From an uncultured virus (IMG/VR IMGVR_UViG_3300032007_000021) (lineage: Duplodnaviria > Heunggongvirae > Uroviricota > Caudoviricetes), in IMG/VR virus record IMGVR_UViG_3300032007_000021: 64,000 nucleotides of DNA. One strand, given 5' to 3'. The notes under the pieces are model-generated. The model did no database searches. It saw nothing but the letters and a program-made list of their open reading frames with translations, and was not told where the DNA came from. Position 1 is the first letter of the stretch. Each line of letters opens with the position of its first letter. The position numbers and the translations under genes were made by a program. Positions 13,706-25,883 of the stretch are shown one piece after another.

Positions 13706-13724
13706 TTAGTAACCTCCTATTAAA

Positions 13725-15647
13725 TCACATACCCAACATATACTATATAGACAAAGGGTCTGTTCCTGTTGGATCAGAAAGTCCTATTCCGCAAACGTAC
13801 CAGTCTCTTTCCTGGGTTCCGTAAGTATATGTTTTCGCGCTTGTAGTCGTCTTGTCGTAGATGCTGACATGTCCAACGACTGGCGTGGATGTGCCACTGG
13901 CATTGTAATTTTTGAAGCCCACATATTTCGTATTTGCGAACGCGACCAGAAATGTTATGGTAACTGTATTATGTGCGCTGGCACTCGTTCCTGCACACTG
14001 TCCTCCTTGTTCAACCCATCCGCTTTTCCAGATCCTGTACCACGAGGACGTCCCGGACCATCTTTTGATGATATAGTCCACAGGGCAATTTGCATCTATA
14101 GCTGTATGAGCTGACAGATTTCCAAGATTGACATCAGCTTTGCCCTGCAAGGTGGTTGCAATCTGCGCTGACTGCTGCTGACTCAGCTCTGTAGCGGCGT
14201 TGAACACCTGTATGCAATAATTATACTTGATTGCTGGTGGTTGGACAGTATCGCTGTTGCCGTAAATTGAATTATATGCTGAAGCCAGTGAAGTTGTTTT
14301 AGTAGGAGTAGAATTAGCAGTAGAACCAGCCTGATTATTTGCCCCATAGGTAGGAACTGATGCAGGATGATTTGCAACAGTATCTTTATAACTATGGTCG
14401 TGATCCGGCAGTCCGGGAGCAACGGTAGCTCCTTTGTCAGTCCCTCTACCAAGGCCCTGTATGAAGCCGTTGATAAGAGGAAGTCTTACATCAGAACCAC
14501 TGATTACAAAAGCACCACACTGTCCATAAAGCGTTATTTCAGATTCATAATCAGTATTACTTAAAGTCCTAACACTTCCTGCCATAACTGCATTCTGTAA
14601 CCAACTCCAAAAATCAGGATATAAAGTTTGACAATTACTAATATTTTGCCCATTCAGCAAAAAAGCACCAGCTGGAGGTGTAGTAAGCGGATATATAAAA
14701 ATACTTCCTATGGGCATACCTCTAATAGAAGCTTTTACATAATTAGCCACACCTTGCTAACTCGCCGCAACATCTGATCCATACCAAGTAACTTGTTCTG
14801 TTCCTGTTGTACATTCACTCGGTTCTGTTGCAGATGATCTTGCAAAAAAACCTGTTGTCGTACTTCCTAAATTTGAAAAACTTGTTGTCATCCCAACAAG
14901 TATTTCTGTCAACACACCATTTACCCAAGTAAATTGTAAAGCTCCTCCTGCAACACCACTATCTCCCTGTCTAAAAGTATAAGTTCTACCATTCACATAT
15001 AGATATACGTGAAAAGCACTTCCTGATTCATATACATATAAAGTTTGTCTCATGGCAAATGTAGTTGATTTCCACCCACTAAACTCATCTATAGACCAAG
15101 TATTTCCGTTCTTTAATCCTGTTGTAAAAAACACCACACCATTTTCTATAAATATTTGTTCGTCTCCAGTACCAATCCATAAATCCTAATTCCCTTCCTG
15201 ATAACATTTAGAAGTCAAATCACTATTTTGTATCCACTCTTTTGTTCCTGTATTAGAAACAAAATATCTTCCACCTCTTTTTGAAACACCTTTTGTTGTA
15301 ATATCAGCATCAGCAATAGAAACTTCATGAGATACATTTTCGCTTAATGGAGAAATAAAAGTATAAGTAGTACCTCCTGAACCACCACCGGAAACAGTAC
15401 AATCATATATAGTCCAAACAACCGTTCCATCATTCAAAACAGTTTGTCCACTTGTAATTTGACTGGGAAAATCAGGTAAAACACTTGCTGTTGTTCCTGC
15501 TGTACTGCAAACCAATACATAACCTGATTTCTAAGGATAATAGACTCGGCTGTTTAATGTATATTGCTTGCTATTTTTTCTGAAAGACAAATCCTTTTCT
15601 GTTATAAATTTCTATCCGCTAAAATTTATTACATTATTTATTTTCAT
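13725..15647 (-). CDS. tail fibre protein (tail-collar domain, C-terminal tip domain)
   Basis: ORFs 15186, 14757 and 13743 are one frame across TAGs (640 aa); PIGSIFIYP...PPAGAFLLNG collar motif; WYRIWKSGWVEQGG. Confidence 0.8.
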
Positions 15648-15664
15648 TTATTTTTTTCTCCAAA

Positions 15665-16789
15665 TTATTTTTGGTACAGGAAATAAAATTTCAAAATATT
15701 TTTCCCTGCATTTAAATTTTCTATAAACTATATCGCACTCTTAGATATATAAATATCAGTATATCCCATAGTGCCATTTATACCTTCATTATAATCTACT
15801 ATCTATGCCTAAACTTCATCTGTAATAAGTGCATCATTACTCGCATAACACTATACACTCATTACATACCCATCAACGCGAAATCTATAATGTGTAATCA
15901 AAGATTCATCTTCAGTTTCAATAATACTGTCACCATCTATTTGAATACCTTGCTGAAGTTCACTTGGTAATTCTATTGTAGAACTTTTGAAAATCAAATC
16001 TCCATTAAACACACTTTCCAAGTATTCTACTTTCAATACATTTTTATCATTCTGTAAATTTGAATAATATTCATACTATTCTTTTTCCAAAAAGATATGC
16101 GTTACTCCAAACTAACCAACATTTTTATCATAACTTTCTTTTGTATAATACCTGTCAGCAACAACAGAATTTGAATTTGCATAAGTCTATACACCAACCA
16201 CATAACCATTTACATCTATTCTGTAATGTGTAACAATATCTCCATCTAAATTCTCTATATCTTCAACCACAACCACATTTCCATTTTCATCTATATTCAC
16301 TGGTTGTATATTACTTCCATTTAATTCATCTACTTTCGGCAAAACCACCGTTGCAACCTTAACAGCAAAAGACTTGCTCAACAATTCTTCTATCTATGAT
16401 TTATGATTCACTAAATACTATAATTCTTCCTGATTCTATAAAGCCCACTCTAAAAACTGTTGTTGCTAACTCGTTAAACTAATCTATAATTTCTACCAAA
16501 CCACACCATTATATCTGTAAAAAGCAGTATCATTTGTAGCAGATATAACAGGCACTATACTGCCTGTCTATGCAGACTATGGCAACTATTCTACAGAACT
16601 TACAGGCTATCCCCAATAACCAGCACTTCCACCACCATCTCCCACTATCCTTAAAGCATCGTTTTTTTCATCATATACTGCATTTAAGTAATCTTGTGTA
16701 GTAAATGTACCACCCTTTATATTTAATCGGCCTGTAACATTGTTGAAACACTTTTTAAGTATCTATTGTGATTGAAAATAATTTTGCAT
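15665..16789 (-). CDS. virion protein with internally duplicated domain
   Basis: 374 aa; THYRIDVNGYVVGV and THYRFRVDGYVMSV repeats. Confidence 0.6.
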
Positions 16790-16877
16790 GTCTTATATTT
16801 CCTTCTTGTGATTTTTCTTTACTTTTCAAAGAAATATAAATAAATTATTCTTTCAAAAAAAGCTTTAATATAAAAAA

Positions 16878-16911
16878 TTACCTATATGAAATATTACTCT
16901 CATATAGGTAA
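16878..16911 (-). terminator. repeated terminator hairpin, copy 1
   Basis: ttacctatatga...tcatataggtaa inverted repeat followed by T-run; recurs at 20008, 25117, 63810. Confidence 0.75.
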
Positions 16912-16934
16912 CAAACTTTTTTATTTATATTAAA

Positions 16935-17870
16935 TTACTTGTTTTCTTTCAACCAAGCTAAAAATTTCCCTATCTATTCCGGTGTCATTTCCTTTAACTT
17001 CTATCTTAACTATGGACTTATCTTACTAAAATCTATTTTAACTTAATTCTTTCTCTTTTCACTAAGGTTGTTCTTTGCCTTTTCACGAACACCATAATAT
17101 TTATCTTCACTTAATTTATCTAATGTTTTTGAACTGGTATTTGGGTTTTTTGCAACATTCTGACGAACTTCCAGCTCTTTATCATTACTTAATTTATCTA
17201 ATGTTTTTGAACTGGTATTTTTATTTGTTGCAACTCCATAACGAACATCCTAATCTTTATCATTACTTAATTTATCTAATGTTTTTGAACTGGTATTTTT
17301 ATTGTGTGCAACCATAAAACGAACAACCTAATTTTCATCATTACTTAATTTATCTAATGTTTCTACACTGGTTTTTTTATTTCTTGCAACTCCTTCACGA
17401 ACATACCAATCTTTATCATTACTTAATTTATCTAATGTTTCTGATCTGGTATTTTTATTTGTTGCAACTCCATAACGAACACCATAATATTCATCTTCAC
17501 TTAATTTATCTAATGTTTCTACACTGGTTTTTTTATTTCTTGCAACTCCTTCACGAACATACTCATATTCATCATCAGCAAATATATCTAAAACTCTTGT
17601 GTTTGTTTTGTAACTCCATGCCATGTTCTCTCTACTTTCCCTATCCATCCCTTCCAATTTTTTTCTCAATTCATTTTTTACATCTTCTTCATTAACTTCT
17701 TTTACTGGAGATTTTTCTTCTTTCTACTAAACTCCTTTGCTCCACCCTTTATCTGTTTTTATATAGCCTCCTCCCGGTCTTTTCTTATGCTAAGGATCAT
17801 ATATATATTCATAGTCATCTGATATAATTTCTTTAGCTATTCTTACTAACTCTTTTGCTATCTTATTCAT
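16935..17870 (-). CDS. LRV/HEAT-like 24-aa repeat protein, paralog 1
   Basis: MNKIAKELVRIAKEI leader; TSVETLDKLSNDKDWYVREGVARNK repeats; 311 aa. Confidence 0.8.
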
Positions 17871-17937
17871 GTTTCTTTTTCTCCTATTTTTATTATGTTT
17901 AAAGTTTCATATATCATCAACTTATAAATAAATTGTT

Positions 17938-18132
17938 TTATTTATATTTTTTGCTCAACTCCTCAACTACGGAAACATTGAACTTAAATATTTTTCGCAC
18001 TTCATCAACCTACTACGATTCTGTAGCTCTCTTACAACTTTTATTTATTTTACACTTCAAACACTACTTGAATTTTTCATCATAATATCCAAAACAAGAA
18101 CCTGGAATAAAATTAGTTATTTTCGCTGGCAT
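17938..18132 (-). CDS. small Cys-containing hypothetical protein
   Basis: MPAKITNFIPGSCFGYYDEKFK*CLKC...; ends TAA. Confidence 0.5.
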
Positions 18133-18134
18133 AA

Positions 18135-18827
18135 TCAATCCTTCTATATAATCATCCTATGAAACCTCTATTTCAAACCTTGCATAATATCAAAAAATTT
18201 CTTTTGCTTCATTCCTAATTTTTCTCTGATATATGCTTTCGTAATCTTCTTTTTTTGATATTTCAATTCATTTCCTTTATTCAAATCATTCACATCAGAA
18301 TATAACACCAAATTTATTATATCTCTTTCATTATCATTTAACGTATCCATGAACTTTTTAAATTCTTCACTGAAACATATACTCTATAAAGGTTTTTCTT
18401 CCATCAAACCATATTTCTGAGCTATCTACTATCCCGGCAAACTGTCTCCTTCTTCCCTTTCTTGCAAATCGTCATATAAAATATATCTATCATCTATTTT
18501 CTTCTGTTTCATCCTTAATCCGTTTATCACACTCATACAAACACAAACAATCCAAGTAGATACTCTTGTACCAGCATTTTCATTCCAACTGTGTTTTGCT
18601 TTCGCTATCTTTTTCCATATCTATTGATAAACATCTTTTGTATTTACTTTCACAAAATTTTTGTGAATCAAATCATATAGCAATTTCTTTATCTTATCGT
18701 GTAATTCATTCAACTATTCATCACTAATTTTATTATATTTATATTTTATCATCAACTATCTGTTTGGATCATCTATCTTTTTCTACGATTTCTCCTATTC
18801 AAAATTAAATTCCATTTGCTCTAACAT
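18135..18827 (-). CDS. phage RNA polymerase sigma factor (sigma70/ECF-like)
   Basis: region 2-like DVYQ*IWKKI...GTRVSTWI; region 4-like LNDNERDIINL; 230 aa with many TAG. Confidence 0.7.
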
Positions 18828-19983
18828 CTTCCAATCTCCTTATCTATCTACTTTTACTTGTCTAAATAAATGATAATAATTGCTGTTTATTAAATTTTTT
18901 CGGGTCTTTTTTATCAGGAAAATTCAATACATATAAATGATTAATCTTATCTTTCAATAGCTTATATGCACCTTTACAAGCATTATTTCCAGCTTCATCC
19001 ATGTCAAAACCCAAATAAACAACGTCATCACTCAATTTCTATACCATAATCGTTTGTTCTTCACTCAAATGAGAACCATGTATTGAAACACACGGAATCC
19101 CCTCTTGCATCAACTTCAAACAATCTCTCTAACCCTATACCAATACCAATTCATCAACACCTTTTCCATAACTTTCATTTTCATAATATCCATACAAATG
19201 TTTACTTGCCTTAAATCCATAATTATATAAAGTTTTGCTATACCTTTTTTCCACCTATTTAAACAAATCCTAATCACTGAAATTCTTGTCCTAATATAAT
19301 TTATGATATAACTATATTTTTCTCTTTATCCATTCTTGTTTGCCTAAATAATCTATACCTATAAAACCTATCAATTTCCAATCTTTATTTAAAAAAGGAA
19401 TAATTGCTCTATCTTGATATTTTCCAAACGTACAAACACAAACTCCAAACTTTCTTAATGTGTCTTCTGTAATTCCATCTCTTGCAAAATAATCCAAACA
19501 TTCCTTGTTCATATATCCTTTATCTAATACTTTCTACATATCACTCAACTCTTTTTTCTGTTTATCAATATCAACTATAATTTTATCTTCTGCTTCTCTT
19601 GCAAATTTAGGTTTGTTTTGAATTATTAGTTCCTTTCCATTTAACAATCTGTTCATAGCCTATCTCTAACTCTTCAATCCAAGTATGTTCTTAGCAACAG
19701 TTAAAATATTGCTCGCCCGATGCTCGGTAAAACACCATGTTTTTCCCGTAACTACATTTAAAGTCCATTTCATTTTATCAGGCACTCTGCCACAATATTT
19801 TTCATGATCCGGACAAAATCCATCAATTTGATTATCATGCTGTTTCTCATTAAACTTAATATTTAATGAAGTCAATATCATTGGCACATTTATTTCTCTC
19901 ATAAATGCCTATAATTCTTCAGCTCTGACAATTTTATCTCTTCCTCTTCTCCGCTCTATCTATTCTTTCAATTTATCTATCAT
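18805..19983 (-). CDS. dnaG: DNA primase (DnaG-like)
   Basis: Zn-binding CPDH, RAIIPF, TOPRIM VLV*G*RDC and GFDMDEAG, KDP; 392 aa. Confidence 0.85.
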
Positions 19984-20007
19984 TTCATTTTCCCTTTATA
20001 TAAAAAA

Positions 20008-20041
20008 TTACCTATATGAAATATTACTCTCATATAGGTAA
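20008..20041 (-). terminator. repeated terminator hairpin, copy 2
   Basis: same sequence as 16878..16911. Confidence 0.75.
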
Positions 20042-20066
20042 CAAACTTTTTTATTTAATATTTAAA

Positions 20067-21002
20067 TTACTTATTTTCTTTTAACCAACCTATAAATCTT
20101 TCTATCTATTCCGGTGTCATTTCCTTTAGCCTCTATCTTAACTATGGACTCATCTTACTAAAATCTATTTTAAATTGATTCTTTCTCTTTTCACTAAGGT
20201 TGTTCTTTGCCAGAACATAAACATACCAATCTTCATCTTCACTTAATTTTTCTAATGTTTCTGTACTGGTGTTTGGATTTCCTGCAACTTCCCTACGAAC
20301 ACTCCTATCTTTATCATTACTTAATTTATCTAATGTTTCTGTACTGGTATTTGGGTTTCTTGCAACTTTCTAACGAACACCAGAATATTCATCTTCACTT
20401 AATTTATCCAATATTTCTGAACTGGTATTTTTATTGTTTGCAACACCAGTACGAACACTCCGATCTTTATCATTACTTAATTTATCTAATGTTTTTGAAC
20501 TGATATTTGGGTTTCTTGCAACAGCAAGACGAATATAATCACTTTTATCATTACTTAATTTGGCTAATGTTTCTACACTGGTATTTTGATTTCTTGCAAC
20601 TCCCCCACGAACATCATAATCTTTATCATTACTTAATTTATCTAATGTTTCTGTACTGGTATTTTTATTATATGCAACTCCCTTACGAACCCACTCATCT
20701 TTATCATCAGCAAGTATATCTAAAACTCTTGAATCTGCTTCTTTACTCAATGCCATATCCTTTCTCTATTTCCAATCCATCCCTTCCACTTTTTTTCTTA
20801 ATTCATTTTTTATATCTTCTTCATTCACTTTTTTTACTGGAGATTTTTCTTCTTTCTACTAAAATCCTTTACTCCATCCTTTGTCTGTTTTTACATAACC
20901 TCCTCCCGGTCTTTGCTTGTGCTATGGATCATATATGTACTAATAGTCATCTGCTATAATTTCTTTAGCTATTCTTACTAAATCTTTCGCTATCTTATTC
21001 AT
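20067..21002 (-). CDS. LRV/HEAT-like repeat protein, paralog 2
   Basis: same leader, repeats, C-terminus and length (311 aa) as 16935..17870. Confidence 0.8.
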
Positions 21003-21039
21003 ATTTCTTTTTCTCCTAATTTTATTATGTTTAAAATTT

Positions 21040-21528
21040 TTATTTTTGATCTTCATATTTCCATTTATCTATAATCCATTGAGGCATAGGTTTTGTTGGA
21101 TCGTAATCATCACTGCTTGTCCACTATATCATTCTTTTTTTATCAACAGAATCATGGGCAGACAACAAAGCAATTTTTGATTGATTAATCTATTTCTATA
21201 ATTCTTTCTTACATATATTAACACCAAACCCTATTTTATCATTCAGCATTGTAACATGCCCATCATTATCAACACCCCAATTATTATTCTGTACCACTCT
21301 CAACCTCATCCAATCATCTTCTCCACAAGGACAACTTATATAATTCTATTCAGTAATCTATTCACAATACGGACATTCGATATATCCTTGTTCATCCTTT
21401 TTCCAATCATCTATTTTTGTTCCGCAATTAGTACATCTGATAGGAGAACGAACTACCATATATAATACCCGTCCCCATCTTTCTATACCCATATCTATAA
21501 ACAATATTCTGCCTAATGGTATCTGCAT
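21040..21528 (-). CDS. zinc-ribbon protein
   Basis: MQIPLGR...CTNCG...CPYCE...; ends TAA. Confidence 0.55.
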
Positions 21529-21530
21529 CT

Positions 21531-22838
21531 TTATTCCACATACTCTAATACTTTTATCTCATTCTTATCTTCGTTTCCTAAAAACACCATATCACTATCT
21601 TCTCCCACACAAACAGGAACAACTACAACATTCCCATCTTTTAATGTCTTTCCTTTTTTTCCTTCATATTTAGCTGTCGATAACATCATCTATATCTAAT
21701 CAGTATCATCTATAAACAAAATCTTCGTCCATTCTTTTCCATTCTTTGAAACAAACGATGTTGCACCCTATATTTTCCCTATCATCAAAGGATATTTCAC
21801 CTTTTTTTCTTTCACTTCTCCTATCGTTTTAACCTTCTTATTCTATGCGATATATTTCTACCATTTCAATAAAACATTCTATTTCAAACAAAATCCATTA
21901 TATTCATAAAACAAATCTTTTAATTCTTTCTTGCTGAAATGTCTTACATTCTTTTCTTCAATTTCTTCTTCCCCAAACAAAAAATCTAAAGTAAGTTGTG
22001 CTTCATCTTTTTTACTCTTCTTTGTATATATATTATTATACCAATTATATAACATCTATCTGCTACCAAATTCATCAAAAGCTCCAGCAAATAACAGTAT
22101 TTCAAATTTACTCTTCCCAAATTTAGTTTTTTCCAAAAAATCTTCTACACTATTGTAAGGCCTGTTTCTAACAACAATTTCTGACTATTTAATTCCCAAT
22201 CCCTTTATATTGGAAATAGAAGCATATAATTCATTTTTATATATCAACCAATGTTCTCCAGATATATTTATATTAGGAGCACGAACCACTAAACCAACAT
22301 TATAACAATACTTAACTCTTTGCTATAATAATTTAACTCCCTTACTCTAATCACCCCTATCTACTTCATCTAATATCCCACACATATATTCTATCAAATA
22401 ATGATGTTTCAAATACAATTGTACTCCAGCATAATAACTGTAACAAATACTATGACTTTGATTGACTTTTCGTAATAAGTATTTCTACTATTAATCAGAC
22501 TATATCATTCATTTATTCCTAAATGAGAGCGCTTAGTCGTTGAACCTTTTCACATGAGGGCGTTCTGTCCTACAAGGAACTTGGATGCGTGGTTATCCAT
22601 ATATTCTCAATCATGTTTTACCATACCCGATTTCATTACTTCGGCCATTTTTTATTTTCATAAAAAACTTGGTCTATTGAGACTTTAGGAACTTCCCGTC
22701 AATTCACTTTCTTTTATATGGACTCAACTTTTTTGTCAATCCATATCCTTGAAACGCAAGGAGTTGATTAAATACTTTCTATGGATAGTCTTTGTCTAAC
22801 TATCCAATCATTTTTTTGCAATAATTTATAATTTTCAT
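21531..22838 (-). CDS. dnaE: DNA polymerase III alpha, C-terminal part (exons 22838-22739 and 22465-21531)
   Basis: spliced FQGYGF/NKSHS motif, YLKHHY, PNINIS, SNIKGLG HhH, AGAFD, OB fold; own RBS and ATG. Confidence 0.85.
22466..22738 (-). ncRNA. group I intron (273 nt, no ORF) in dnaE
   Basis: P1 UAUGGAU/GUCCAUA with U.G at the splice site; TTCAACGACTA and GATATAGTCT core elements; terminal G; removal restores GFNKSH. Confidence 0.9.
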
Positions 22839-23833
22839 TTTCTCCTCTCAGTTATTTCTTTTATTATTTCAAACACACATTCTTGATTATTCAAAATATC
22901 ATCCTACCAAAAATGTAATACCTATAAATTATTTTTCTTTACGAACTAATTCTTTTTATTATCTCTATAAAAATTTATTTTTTGAGATTTTGTTTCCGGA
23001 CCATTTTTATAAAACTTTGGATTTGTATGCCAATAATCTCCATCTATTTCTATAAACACATTTAAATCTTTTAAAAAAATATCAAATGAATAACAATCTA
23101 TTTTCTTTTCATTTTCAAAAACAACATTCAAACTTTTAAGAAACTAATTTATTAAAACATGAGGATAAGTTAATGTTTGTTTCAATTTACCTTCTTTTAT
23201 CATTCTTAAAGCATTAATAGACAATATCTTTTTCGTACTTTCAGAATGTTTATGACCACTATTTCCAGTTTTAGGATTCTATTTCCAAATTCTTTTTCTA
23301 ACAACACTTTGTTTATATTTAGTCTATTCACTTACACTTTTATTTTTTAATGAATTTGAAATATTCATCACTCTTTTATCATCGTTTTTTGTTAAACCTT
23401 TATTCCATGGAGTCATACCATACATAGGATTTTTATCTCCCGTCCTTAATACACTCATTCTTTTGCTATTCTATTCTATAAATTCTTTACTTTTAAAGAA
23501 ATGACCATTTAAAAATTTATTGATTATAATTTTAGAACCACGATAAGAAAAACTTCTTTCTTTACCGCAACCGCAACAACAATTTCCGACCTATATTCCA
23601 TAATATTTTTTAAAATACTAATTACAAGTCAAATTGTGTTGTTTTAAATGTAAAATAAATTTTTTTGAATTATAACATCCTTTCTAAAAACGAATATCTT
23701 TCATATTTACATGACAAATCAAACACTACTCAAAATATTTTTTAGGTATTTCAAGGAGTTGGTTAAAAACCTTCTAAGGATAATCTTTTTCTAACTATCC
23801 AATAGTTTTTTTAATATAATTTTTTATTTTCAT
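22835..23833 (-). CDS. free-standing endonuclease (Zn finger, NUMOD3-like repeats, Vsr/DUF559-like domain)
   Basis: 332 aa; NPMYGMTPWNKGLTK, HKHSESTK, EIDGDYWH, HFW*DDI. Confidence 0.75.
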
Positions 23834-23898
23834 TAACCCTCTTTTCTTTATATAAAAATACCATTATAAAATTCTCATATAAGAAAAATATATTTTAT

Positions 23899-24309
23899 TT
23901 ACCACCATAAATCAAAAAAATTATCTATAAACACTTGCAATCCTTCTTTTATTTTCTTTTCATATTGTTCACGCTTCTTTTTATCTTTATAAAACTTATC
24001 TTTCTCTATTTCTTTAAAACTCTATATCATTTTATCTAATTGCTATATCCATTCATCTTTATTTTTATAACAAACTGGATAACTACCAAATTCATTTATT
24101 CTCTTCTTAAACTATTTTAATCTCGGTAAAATAAACTGTGTTATATTCCCGTATAAATTCCATGTCTCATCTGGACTAATACCTGTCTTCTTTTTATACT
24201 ATTTAAAACTTTCATATCTTTTATCATTTTTATCAACAAGATATGTCGGTTGACTCCATTCATATCTGCCATTTTTTACGGCATTTTTACTTATATTTTT
24301 CTTTAACAT
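23899..24309 (-). CDS. hypothetical protein
   Basis: ETWNLYGNITQFILPRLK*FK...LDKMI...DLWW; ends TAA. Confidence 0.6.
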
Positions 24310-24326
24310 TTATATATTTTCCCTGT

Positions 24327-25091
24327 TCAAAACAATTTTTTATTCTTTTCTAATCTTTTTGCTATTATCTAACAATACTTTTCTTCTTTCTATATTAAAA
24401 CACATTTCCTATTTGTATTCATGCAAACTACCCCAGTAGTTCCGCTTCCAGCAGTAAAATCTAATACTGTATCTCCCTAATTTGTATATGTCTTTATTAA
24501 ATACTATATTAAAGATACTGGTTTCTATGTCGGATGCAACTTACCTTTTCTATTCGGAACAACATCAAACTATAACACTGTTGATGGTTGTACTTTCTAT
24601 GGATCATATCTTTTCTTTATTTTATCTAAATCAATATGATTACTTTTTCCACAATAATGTTCATAATTATAACAAGACTTACCTATGCCTATTCTTTCTT
24701 TCATTATAGGATTATATGTAGATTTACTATCTGTATGAAACACCAAAACAGATTCATGATATTTCATTGGTCTATATTTCGCTGAAGCCATACCAGTTGG
24801 AACATTCTTCTTCCAAATCATCTAATACTTAAACTACTTTCTATTACTATTTATCAAATCTGTAACAAATGGTTGACTACCAAATAAAACTATCGGAGCA
24901 TTTTGTTTACAAATCTATTTCAACTATTTCCACATCGGCTAAAAAGGAATTACTACATCCCACTTACAAGCAGTTGTACCATAAGGCAAATCTGTAATGC
25001 AACAATCAAAAGTTTCTTTTAACTACAACATTACTTCTAAACAATCACCTTTATATAATGTAACTAATTCGTTGTTATAATATGACTACAT
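24327..25091 (-). CDS. DNA amino-methyltransferase (beta class), TAG-rich paralog A
   Basis: GDCL, DLPYGTT, HPT*KP, VLDFTAGSGTTG; colinear with 25884..26744. Confidence 0.85.
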
Positions 25092-25116
25092 TAACTATTC
25101 TCCTATATAAAAAAAA

Positions 25117-25150
25117 TACCTATATGAAATTTTTACTCTCATATAGGTAA
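25117..25150 (-). terminator. repeated terminator hairpin, copy 3
   Basis: tacctatatga/tcatataggta inverted repeat. Confidence 0.7.
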
Positions 25151-25180
25151 CATCTAATTTTATTTAATAAAAATGTTCAA

Positions 25181-25681
25181 TTACCACTTGTCTGGACTGT
25201 CTCCTTTTCCATGTTTTTGCCCTTCTTCATCATATCCACCTTCCCATTTTCCACCTTCCCAAGTACCATCAAACCAATATCCATCCTCCCAAGTACCATT
25301 TCTAAATGTTCCTCCGTTGAAATTACCACCATGCCAAGTGCCATTTCTAAATGTTCCTCCGAGGAAATAACCATAGAACCAAAAACCATTTTTCCAAGTA
25401 CCATTCTCCAAAAAACCATTTTTCCAAGTGCCATTCTCCCAAGTACCATTATACCATTCGCCCTTACTCCAAAAACCATTTTTCCAAGTACCACCATACC
25501 ACTTATTATAACCGTCGTTTTTTAATTCAAACGTTGCATTCTTAACTTCTCCTTTTGTTTCTTTCCAATCAATCTTCCCTGTAAAATTGTTATATAACCC
25601 GACTCTATCTGCTATATTTTCTTCAGAAACTATACTTTTGGATATTTTTACTAATTCTTTTGCTACTTCTATCTTTTTCAT
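25181..25681 (-). CDS. W/G pentapeptide-repeat protein with KIAKE-type leader
   Basis: NGTWE/NGTWK 5-aa repeats; MKKIEVAKELVKISK; paralog at the window end. Confidence 0.75.
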   Translation of the reverse strand: MKKIEVAKELVKISKSIVSEENIADRVGLYNNFTGKIDWKETKGEVKNATFELKNDGYNKWYGGTWKNGFWSKGEWYNGTWENGTWKNGFLENGTWKNGFWFYGYFLGGTFRNGTWHGGNFNGGTFRNGTWEDGYWFDGTWEGGKWEGGYDEEGQKHGKGDSPDKW

Positions 25682-25883
25682 ACTTTCATTCCTTTTTATT
25701 TAACATTTTTCAATGATTTTTCTAAATTTATTTCTTTTTCTTAAAAATTTCAGAAACTACTTATAGTTATATAAAAATATAATTAAAAAAATTATGCTTT
25801 TAAACAATTACTTTTCTTTAAAAACATTTTTATATAGGTAACAAACTTTTTTATTTAAAGTTAAAAAACACTTTCATAATTAA

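Noticed and set aside
17075..17600. CRISPR-like 72-nt periodic repeats (also 20200-20720, 50110-50400)
   Set aside because: They are in-frame coding repeats of the LRV/HEAT-like proteins, without unique spacers
22739..22838. Split-intein C fragment at the dnaE start
   Set aside because: No HN/SN-Cys junction; the segment runs directly into the DnaE FxGYGFNKSH motif
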